Made by a program: the position numbers and the translations under genes | In this document: positions 10,418 to 17,882 of the stretch, piece after piece | How positions within the stretch are numbered: the stretch's first letter is position 1 | Layout of the letters: each line of letters opens with the position of its first letter | DNA from: an uncultured Ignavibacteriales bacterium | GTDB lineage: Bacteria > Zixibacteria > MSB-5A5 > GN15 > FEB-12 | DNA length: 64,000 nucleotides | Assembly: GCA_964396245.1 (NCBI GenBank) | Contig: CAYNEO010000011.1 | Coordinates: 410-64,409, forward strand | Reading direction: 5' to 3' | The notes under the pieces: generated by a model | Told to the model about the DNA's origin: nothing | What the model saw: only the letters and a program-made list of their open reading frames with translations | The model's database searches: none

Positions 10418-11476
10418 GTGACATTCAGAAGCATTGCCTTGCTGAGTGCTGTTGTCATCGCTATTCCGATGACTCAGTGCTCTCGCAATCCTGTCGATTC
10501 CGGGCAGGATATGCAGGCAGGCGACTCCATTCAGAAGAAGCAGCCGCCAAGCGAGGAGGCCGCCAACTGCCTTTCGTTTCCGGTAATCTGGTCGGACGGC
10601 ATAACCAAACCGCTGCGCGGCACGTTCGGACAAACGACGTTCGACGGTCCGTACACATATATGGACGACCCGGCGACCTCGGAAACTGACCTCATTCAAT
10701 GGTACTATCAGGGGGACCCGCTGAATGAATGGCAAGCCGAAAGCCGGAATCAAATGCTGGAGCAGCGAGGCCGGCTAAATGTATCCCGTGTCGACTGGGG
10801 CGACAACCTCGAGGCGAAATCATGGGATGAAAGCTCAGTCGTCCGTACCGAAGTGGTGCTGTTCCAGGATCTGGCTCCCGATGACGTTATGACGGGCTAC
10901 ACGATGCTCAAGTTGAACGACGCCAGCGGCCTGGACGAAATTTGGGGGACCAACACCCAAACCAAACAAAGCACCGAGGCTACGGTCTACTCGGACTGCG
11001 CCCGGCTGACTATTCAGAAACTGGCTTTGCCGCGAGACGATCCTAGTCTCACCCTTACGTGGAATGCGACGACGGGCGAATGGGAAGGGAACGTGGCCGC
11101 CACTATCTTCAATGGCGGCGTGTGGGGAGCGGCCGACGGACCCGGGTTCTACTCGGCGGAGATCAATGTCCAGGGGAAACTGATTTATGGGTACAACTGG
11201 TATGTTTCCGACATCGAGAATGCACCCGGAGACTATCGACTCACGTTCAGCCTGGACAACACCGATGCCAGTCCCCCGCTGAATACCTACTTCACCGACG
11301 CCACAACCATCGTGTTGCCGGCCGAAGAGGTTGTGACAGTGACCGCCGAAGAGGGTTCCGACAGTGGTGAACCCGACCTGGGCGGTGGTGTAGCCGTAGT
11401 GGCGCCCGAATACAATCTCACTTATATCGATGTTCGAATTCTTCCAAAGTCAGGAGGTGGCGGAAAACGTCGGTAA
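10418..11476 (+). CDS. hypothetical lipoprotein, acidic beta-rich
   Basis: AGGAGG 6 nt before GTG 10418; signal ending ...MTQC; long ORF followed by a terminator. Confidence 0.75.
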   Translation: MTFRSIALLSAVVIAIPMTQCSRNPVDSGQDMQAGDSIQKKQPPSEEAANCLSFPVIWSDGITKPLRGTFGQTTFDGPYTYMDDPATSETDLIQWYYQGDPLNEWQAESRNQMLEQRGRLNVSRVDWGDNLEAKSWDESSVVRTEVVLFQDLAPDDVMTGYTMLKLNDASGLDEIWGTNTQTKQSTEATVYSDCARLTIQKLALPRDDPSLTLTWNATTGEWEGNVAATIFNGGVWGAADGPGFYSAEINVQGKLIYGYNWYVSDIENAPGDYRLTFSLDNTDASPPLNTYFTDATTIVLPAEEVVTVTAEEGSDSGEPDLGGGVAVVAPEYNLTYIDVRILPKSGGGGKRR

Positions 11477-11539
11477 TTAACGTCCGGAGCCGTTAGTCCT
11501 GAGCGGTTCTACGTCAAGTCAAAGGAAATCATGCAGTTG

Positions 11540-11578
11540 AGAGACGGGTCGGTTCACGCCTGCCCGTCTCTTTCTTTT
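11540..11578 (+). terminator. intrinsic terminator
   Basis: agagacggg...cccgtctct stem followed by ttctttt. Confidence 0.75.
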
Positions 11579-11722
11579 CCCGGAGGCGCGGTGCGCCCCC
11601 GGTCTGTACTGCCCTATCCGTTTAGTACACAATGCGATAGCATCTCAGAACGGGAGTTAGGCGGCGGAAAAGCGGCTATGAAGAGGCTTTTATGATAGTT
11701 GCGGGATCAGGCGAAAAATAGA

Positions 11723-11751
11723 TTGACAGGTCGATTTATCTATATTACCTT
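11723..11751 (+). promoter_or_regulatory. sigma70-type promoter of the HTH regulator
   Basis: TTGACA(11723-28)-17 nt-TACCTT(11746-51). Confidence 0.6.
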
Positions 11752-11752
11752 A

Positions 11753-11779
11753 GAGAAAACTCAGAAAATCCAGAAAATG
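11753..11779 (+). repeat. three 9-bp head-to-tail direct repeats
   Basis: gagaaaact / cagaaaatc / cagaaaatg. Confidence 0.7.
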
Positions 11780-11789
11780 CCGAACTCGC

Positions 11790-12536
11790 ATGGATCGAAG
11801 GTATTATACCACAAGTCAGGCCGCTGATCTCCTGGCCGTTTCTTCGGACACAGTGCTGAAGTGGGTCAGGCAGGGTAAGATATCGTCGTATCGGACCCCG
11901 GGCGGCCATGCCCGCATACCCCGGGAGGCCGTCGAGCGACTGCTTCCGGTGCAGATCAACGGACAATCATTGCCCAGCGCCGAGCCTCCGGCCTACCACT
12001 ACTGCTGGGAGTTCTATGCCCCGGAGGGCCGGACGAAACCGGAATGCCACGACTGTATGGTGTTTCGCAGTCGCGCCCGTCGCTGTTACGAGTTGAGAGA
12101 GATCTCCGAGGAGTTCGGCTACCTGACGCCGCATTGTCACTCCGAATGTGAAGATTGTGAATATTACGGCATCGTTCGGGACGAGGGGACACAGGTTCTC
12201 ATTGTCACGCGCAACAGCAAACTTCGCGACAGCCTGACGGAGGAGGCCGAAGGCGGCGACGTTGTTATGCAGTTCGCGGACAGCGAATACCAGTGTGCGT
12301 CGATACTCCATGCCTTTCGGCCGGACTATGTCGTGCTTGATTGCGCGCTTGGCCGGAATCGGACGCAGGAGATGTGCCGTTACCTCTCGACCGACGAGCG
12401 CATTCCGTTCACCAAGATCATCCTGACGTCGCGAAGCGCGGATGTCGAAGATTGTTTTGACGGCCGGATATTCGGATGGATCAAGAAGCCGTTTACGTTC
12501 CAGCAGCTGAGATGTTGTCTCGGTCAGGCGGAATAA
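11790..12536 (+). CDS. excisionase-type (HTH_17/MerR-like) regulator with Cys-rich domain and atypical receiver domain
   Basis: YYTTSQAADLLAVSSDTVLKWVRQGKI...TPGGHARI; CWEF-CxxC-C-CxxxCxxC; VVLD and KKPF receiver remnants. Confidence 0.85.
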   Translation: MDRRYYTTSQAADLLAVSSDTVLKWVRQGKISSYRTPGGHARIPREAVERLLPVQINGQSLPSAEPPAYHYCWEFYAPEGRTKPECHDCMVFRSRARRCYELREISEEFGYLTPHCHSECEDCEYYGIVRDEGTQVLIVTRNSKLRDSLTEEAEGGDVVMQFADSEYQCASILHAFRPDYVVLDCALGRNRTQEMCRYLSTDERIPFTKIILTSRSADVEDCFDGRIFGWIKKPFTFQQLRCCLGQAE

Positions 12537-12626
12537 AGCGGCCGGTACAGATAGACATATCTCGCAGGAGAAAATAACGGCTGACCCGGTGGACATCGCT
12601 GGCAGGCTCGCCCACCGGGCCGGGTA

Positions 12627-12747
12627 GGACTGAAAACGCAACTCTTTACAGAAGCAATTTCCAGACCTGGTATAGCTATAGTATAAATCAGGCGCGTCCT
12701 GTCAAGCGACAATTGTCGCCGGGCCGCGAATCCCGCGTTTTCAGTCC
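12627..12747. repeat. perfect 13-bp inverted repeats enclosing a 95-bp promoter-like segment
   Basis: ggactgaaaacgc (12627-39) / gcgttttcagtcc (12735-47); internal palindrome gcgacaattgtcgc (12706-19). Confidence 0.85.
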
Positions 12748-12804
12748 ACCCTCAGCCACAATCACAGTCCTGACATAATGTTTCTGCTCCACAGGAGACT
12801 GCAC

Positions 12805-13344
12805 ATGTCCGATTCAATCACCATCAACAGCCGCACCTTGCGGGTCTTTGTCGACGACATAACCATGCTGGATGTCGACGCCTTTGTATTTTATGCCCGG
12901 TCGGAACTGACGCTGGGCGCGGGCTTCGGTACGGCCATCAGTGTTAGAGGCGGTCCGTCGATTCAGGAGGAACTGAACGGCAGCGGGCCGCTTGGCGTGA
13001 CCGGGGTTATGACAACCGCAGCCGGCGACCTGAAGGCCGACTTTATCATTCATGCCGTGGGCCCCGCCTTTATGGAAGAGGACACGGAAGGCAAGTTGCG
13101 AACGACAGTTCTCAATGCGTTGAGGGAAGCCGACCGCAAAGGTATCAAACGACTGGCCTTCCCGGCCATGGGCGCCGGCTTCTACTGCGTGCCGCTGGAC
13201 CTTTGCGCCGATGTCATGATCGGCACCATTTCCGACTATCTCGGGTCCGAGGATACCGGTCTCACCGAGGTAATAATCAGTGTGCTGGATAAACGTGAAT
13301 TGAAGCCGTTCCGGGAACGTCTCGGGCAACCGGCGACAGTGTAA
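12805..13344 (+). CDS. macrodomain protein, NAAN motif degenerate
   Basis: DDIT, GAGFGTAI..RGG, IIHAVGP, LAFPAMGAG; AGGAG before ATG 12805. Confidence 0.88.
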   Translation: MSDSITINSRTLRVFVDDITMLDVDAFVFYARSELTLGAGFGTAISVRGGPSIQEELNGSGPLGVTGVMTTAAGDLKADFIIHAVGPAFMEEDTEGKLRTTVLNALREADRKGIKRLAFPAMGAGFYCVPLDLCADVMIGTISDYLGSEDTGLTEVIISVLDKRELKPFRERLGQPATV

Positions 13345-13355
13345 AGGAGAGCGAC

Positions 13356-14039
13356 ATGAGTGAGTTACTGCATTTCTCGGAACACACGTTGCAGGAGGCG
13401 GCCCTGCTGTTCATGGGGGCCGTGTATGTGACGCGCCTCTACTGGATAACCCGGCGCAAAGCGGGGCGCGAACGGCAGGCGCCGACAGGTACCGGAAGTC
13501 TCGATCCAAAGGGCTCCATAGTATATTCGTGGGCTAATGTAGCCATGCCCTGGAGCATGGAGAGCACCCGCAGGAAATGGTTTCTATATGTCCAGTTTGT
13601 CGCGTTCCATCTCGGGGTGGTGGCGGCGATCGGCTTGTCGTTCGTAATTCCATACGGACCGGGAATCCTGGAAACTCCCGGGGTCGTTCCGGTCCTCCAG
13701 ATCGTGATTGGAGCGGCATTCCTGGTGGGTGTCGGACGCATAATCCGGCGTATCGCCAGCAAATACATGCGGGCGATAAGTTCTCCCGATGATTATTTTT
13801 CCCTGGTACTGCTGACTGCCTGGTTCGCATTCGCATTCCTGGCGGTCCCGAACGACACCTCCGGCGGCGAATGGCCGTTGCTGACGTTCTTCTTACTCAC
13901 GGCATTTTTCCTTGTGTACGTTCCGTTCAGCAAAATATCGCATTACCTGTATTACCCGTTCACACGCTACTACCTGGGCAAGACACTGGGACGTCGCGGG
14001 GTTTACCCCGTGAGGAAAGCCCGTCAACATGCCGGTTGA
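13356..14039 (+). CDS. NarI/DsrM/TmcC-family membrane cytochrome b subunit
   Basis: 5 TM; RRI...R.ISSPDDY and VPFSKISH family motifs. Confidence 0.85.
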   Translation: MSELLHFSEHTLQEAALLFMGAVYVTRLYWITRRKAGRERQAPTGTGSLDPKGSIVYSWANVAMPWSMESTRRKWFLYVQFVAFHLGVVAAIGLSFVIPYGPGILETPGVVPVLQIVIGAAFLVGVGRIIRRIASKYMRAISSPDDYFSLVLLTAWFAFAFLAVPNDTSGGEWPLLTFFLLTAFFLVYVPFSKISHYLYYPFTRYYLGKTLGRRGVYPVRKARQHAG

Positions 14040-14083
14040 CACAGGACACCGACATATCGCCAAGGCACTGAAGGAGTGAAGGA

Positions 14084-15868
14084 ATGAATAACAGTTCTCG
14101 ATCATACAAGGCCCAGCGGGTTATCGACCGCATGGACAAGAAACTCAACCGCCAGATGCTGACGTCGCTGCTTGCCTGTGTCCACTGCGGCATGTGCACC
14201 GACGCCTGCCACTACGTGCTCGCCAACCCGGGCGACCCGACTTACGCGCCATCGTACAAGGCGGACCAGATTCGGAAATTCTTCAAACGGCATTACGACT
14301 GGACCGGCCGCGTGCTGCCGTGGTGGGTCAAAGCCAAGAGCCTTTATACCGACGAGGAACTCGAGGAACTGAAAGACACGGTGTTCGGCAAATGCACTAA
14401 CTGTCGCCGGTGTACGCTGAATTGCCCGATGGGGGTGGACTATGCGACTTTCAATCGCATGGCGCGCGGTCTTCTCGTTTCGGTCGGGATTATGCCGGAA
14501 GGCGTCGCGGTCGTGAGCAAAGACCAGTGGGAAATCGGAAACCAGATGGGGGTGTTGAAAGAAGATTATATCGATACGCTGGAGTGGCTCTCGGACGAGC
14601 TCGAAGAGGAATTCGGCGATCCCCGGGCGAGAATACCGATCGATCTGGAAAACGCCAATATCGTGTACTCGATCAATCCGCGGGAAGTGAAGTACGATCC
14701 GAGGACGATATCCGACGCCGCGAGGATATTCTACCTTGCCGGCGAAAGCTGGACCATGCCGAGTGAAGGCTGGGACATGACAAACTTCGGGTTGTTCTCC
14801 GGCGACGATGACCTCGGCGGCGCTGTCGGACGCCGGCTGTTCGAGAAGGTTTCGGAGCTTGGCGGCAAGAAGCTGGTGATTTCAGAATGTGGTCACGGGT
14901 ATCGGTCGACACGTTGTGAGGCGCAGAACTGGGCTGGATGGGACGTCGATTTTGAGATGGAATCATCAGTCATCACCATGTTGCGATACATCAGCGAGGG
15001 ACAAATCACGGTGGACAAGTCGAAGAACCAGTCGCCGGTGACGTTCCATGACTCGTGCAACAATGCCCGGAGCTGCGGATTGACCGAGGAGCCGCGCCAG
15101 TTGCTCAACCTGGTAGTCGAGGATTTCCGGGAGATGTATCCAAACCGGGCGGAGAACTATTGCTGCACCGGCGGCGGCGGCGCCATGTCGATGTCGGAGT
15201 ATACGCCGCGCCGGTTGAAATCGGCGAAGATCAAAGCCGACCAGTTGAAGGCGACCGGCGCCGAATACGTTTGTACGTCGTGCCACAACTGCGTCGACGG
15301 ATTGACGGATCTCATCCGCCACTACAAACTTGGCATGAAAGTGACGCAACTGGTGAACCTGGTTGCCGAAGCTCTCGTCGTGCCGGAGGTCGTGGCGGTA
15401 CCGTCGGTCGAGATTCCCGAGGTCGCCGCGGCCGGTGTCCTCGCCGGACATTCGGTACTGGTTGTCGATGACGAGCCCGATTTCGTGGTGTACGTGTCGA
15501 CGCTTCTGGAAGACAACGGCGCCGCGGTACATCGTGCATTCAGCGGTGAAGAAGCACTGCGTCTTGCCGCGGAGCACCAACCGGATCTGATTACCCTCGA
15601 CATTTCCATGCCGGGGATGTCCGGCCAGGAAGTGTTCGAGCGACTGCGTGAGGATAAGTCATTGCGGGAGGTTCCGATCTGTATCATCACCGGCCAGCCG
15701 GAGCTCCGCAAACTCATATATGACCGACCCCACCGGGCGCCCGAAGGATTCCTCAGTAAACCGATCGATGAAGAACAGCTCATACTCAATGTTCGGAAAG
15801 TGCTGAAAATCCCGCATGAGAAGGAATCGCCCAAAACCGAGTCCTCGGAAGCGAAAAAAGGAGTGTGA
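14084..15868 (+). CDS. DsrK/HmcF/HdrD-like CCG Fe-S oxidoreductase fused to a C-terminal receiver domain
   Basis: CVHCGMCTDAC, CTNCRRCTLNCP, SECGHG, FHDSC...CCTGGGG...CTSCHNC; then LVVDDE...ITLD...IITG...SKP. Confidence 0.92.
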   Translation: MNNSSRSYKAQRVIDRMDKKLNRQMLTSLLACVHCGMCTDACHYVLANPGDPTYAPSYKADQIRKFFKRHYDWTGRVLPWWVKAKSLYTDEELEELKDTVFGKCTNCRRCTLNCPMGVDYATFNRMARGLLVSVGIMPEGVAVVSKDQWEIGNQMGVLKEDYIDTLEWLSDELEEEFGDPRARIPIDLENANIVYSINPREVKYDPRTISDAARIFYLAGESWTMPSEGWDMTNFGLFSGDDDLGGAVGRRLFEKVSELGGKKLVISECGHGYRSTRCEAQNWAGWDVDFEMESSVITMLRYISEGQITVDKSKNQSPVTFHDSCNNARSCGLTEEPRQLLNLVVEDFREMYPNRAENYCCTGGGGAMSMSEYTPRRLKSAKIKADQLKATGAEYVCTSCHNCVDGLTDLIRHYKLGMKVTQLVNLVAEALVVPEVVAVPSVEIPEVAAAGVLAGHSVLVVDDEPDFVVYVSTLLEDNGAAVHRAFSGEEALRLAAEHQPDLITLDISMPGMSGQEVFERLREDKSLREVPICIITGQPELRKLIYDRPHRAPEGFLSKPIDEEQLILNVRKVLKIPHEKESPKTESSEAKKGV

Positions 15869-15872
15869 TCAC

Positions 15873-17369
15873 GTGAACGACCAGTTCCAAAGCTACTTTG
15901 ACGCGATGCCGTGCTATCTGACGGTTCAGGACCGTCAGTTGCGCATGATACACGCAAACCAGCGGTTCAGGAGTGACTTCGGCGAGACCGAGGGGCGGCA
16001 CTGTTACCAGGTATACAAGCGCCGGCCGGAGAAATGCGAAGTCTGTCCGGTGGAACGGTCGTTTCAGGACGGTCATCCCCACCAGAGCCGCGAGGAAGTG
16101 ACGACGCTGGACGGCCGCACGGTGGCGGTGCTGGTCAACACAACGCCCATCTATGACGCCCGGGGGAATATCTCGGGCGTCCTGGAAATGTCAACGGATG
16201 TCACCGACATGAGCAGGCTGGAACAGCAACTCCGCGACAGCCAGGAGCGCTATCGGCTGCTCTTCGAGGAGGTCCCGTGTTTCATTTCCAGCCAGGACCG
16301 AGAGTTGCGCATCGTGGAGGCCAACCGGCTGCACCGCGAGACATTCGGTACCGAGTACGGCTGTAAATGCTACAAAGTGTACAAGCACCGCGACGAGGCC
16401 TGCGTTCCGTGCGTGGTGAAGCAGACTTTTGATGACGGACAGGTGCATATCCACGAGGAACTGGTCACCTCGAATGACGGCCGACCGATCAATGTCATGG
16501 TGACGACCGCACCTATGAAGAATCGAAACGGTGAGATTGATCTCGTGATCGAAATGAGCGCAGATATTACTCGCCTGCGGGAGTTACAGTCCCAGCTCTC
16601 CTCTATCGGGTTGATCATCAGCAGTATCTCACACGATCTCAAGGGATTCCTGAGCGGGCTCGACGGCGGGATATATATGGTCAATTCGGGGCTCAGGCGG
16701 GATGACCGGGGACGTATCGAAACAGGCTGGGAAATGGTAACGCGGAATGTCGGTCACATTCGACGGACGGTTCTGGATATTCTCTATTTCAGCAAGGACC
16801 GCAGGCCGGAGCCGGTCGAGACCGATGTGTCCGACCTGGTGGCGGCAGTGGTTGAACAGATGCAGACGAGGGCAAAAGACCACGGGGTAGTTATTACAAG
16901 CGAAATAGATCAATCGGCCGGCAGTTTTCAGGTCGACCCTCGAGCGATACGCTCGCTTCTCACCAATTTGCTCGACAACGCGCTGGACGCCTGCCGCCTG
17001 AATACTCAGCAGCATGACAATGTGATCATGGTTTCGGTCAGGGGTGATCCTGACAACGTACAGATAGAGATTTCCGACAATGGTTTGGGGATGCCGCAGG
17101 AAGTCCGTGAAAAGGCGTTCACCCTGTTCTTCTCCTCGAAGGGCACGGGCGGTACCGGATTGGGGTTGTTCATCGCCAACAAGATTGCAAAAACCCATGG
17201 CGGACGAATAGACCTCGACTCCGAGATAGGTCGCGGGTCGCGTTTCACGGTCACCCTTCCCCGAATCGCCGCGGTTACCGACGATTTGGAGAGCTCGGAC
17301 AACGGCAACGGAGAGCGTGAGACCGCAATTGACGAAACAGAACGGCGCAAAATTGCAGACGATATATGA
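15873..17369 (+). CDS. cytoplasmic PAS-PAS histidine kinase
   Basis: two tandem PAS; ISHDLK H-box, NLLDNA, DNGLG, FFSSKG, GTGLGL; no TM; AGGAG before GTG 15873. Confidence 0.92.
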   Translation: MNDQFQSYFDAMPCYLTVQDRQLRMIHANQRFRSDFGETEGRHCYQVYKRRPEKCEVCPVERSFQDGHPHQSREEVTTLDGRTVAVLVNTTPIYDARGNISGVLEMSTDVTDMSRLEQQLRDSQERYRLLFEEVPCFISSQDRELRIVEANRLHRETFGTEYGCKCYKVYKHRDEACVPCVVKQTFDDGQVHIHEELVTSNDGRPINVMVTTAPMKNRNGEIDLVIEMSADITRLRELQSQLSSIGLIISSISHDLKGFLSGLDGGIYMVNSGLRRDDRGRIETGWEMVTRNVGHIRRTVLDILYFSKDRRPEPVETDVSDLVAAVVEQMQTRAKDHGVVITSEIDQSAGSFQVDPRAIRSLLTNLLDNALDACRLNTQQHDNVIMVSVRGDPDNVQIEISDNGLGMPQEVREKAFTLFFSSKGTGGTGLGLFIANKIAKTHGGRIDLDSEIGRGSRFTVTLPRIAAVTDDLESSDNGNGERETAIDETERRKIADDI

Positions 17370-17411
17370 AACCGGCCGCATGCAAAGGCATCAGGGCAAG
17401 AAAGGCGGATT

Positions 17412-17804
17412 GTGATGAAGAAAAAGGTGCTGATTGTTGATGATGAAGCCGATATGAGAACGTACTTCGAGTCGCTTCTCTCCGAAAACGGCTTCGAGAC
17501 CGCAACCGCGTCCGACGGCGACATCGGCTTTGAAACGGCCCGGACATTTCAGCCGGATGTGATCACGCTGGATATTATCATGGAGCGGGAGACCGGGGTG
17601 AAGTTCTACCGCAAAGTGCTGAAAGACGACTGTCTGAAAAACACACCGGTCATTATCCTGAGCGGTGTGGGCAGCTACAAGGCGCTCTTCGGACGTGATC
17701 ACGCCACCATGACGAAACCGTTTGCGTTCCTGGAGAAACCGGTAGACACGGATGAATTGATTGACAAGATCAACGAGGCCATAGCGTTGAAAGAAAAAGT
17801 CTGA
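17412..17804 (+). CDS. single-domain response regulator
   Basis: LIVDDE, ITLD, ILSG, EKP. Confidence 0.93.
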   Translation: MMKKKVLIVDDEADMRTYFESLLSENGFETATASDGDIGFETARTFQPDVITLDIIMERETGVKFYRKVLKDDCLKNTPVIILSGVGSYKALFGRDHATMTKPFAFLEKPVDTDELIDKINEAIALKEKV

Positions 17805-17832
17805 CCGCAGGCGGTAATTCTCCGAGTTATGT

Positions 17833-17868
17833 AACAAAGGCGGGCCTGATCGGCCCGCCTCGTTTGTT
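17833..17868. terminator. bidirectional terminator
   Basis: aggcgggcc-tgatc-ggcccgcct stem flanked by aacaa/tttgtt, between convergent genes. Confidence 0.75.
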
Positions 17869-17882
17869 CCCTGATGCCGCGT

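Noticed and set aside
12671-12681. TATAGCTATAG also present at 50392-50402
   Set aside because: Hundreds of repeated 11-mers are expected by chance in 64 kb; flanking genes are unrelated
13356-15868. Calling these dsrM/dsrK as evidence of sulfate reduction
   Set aside because: No dsrAB, dsrC or dsrJOP in the window; distal heme ligands missing and a receiver is fused; family-level call only
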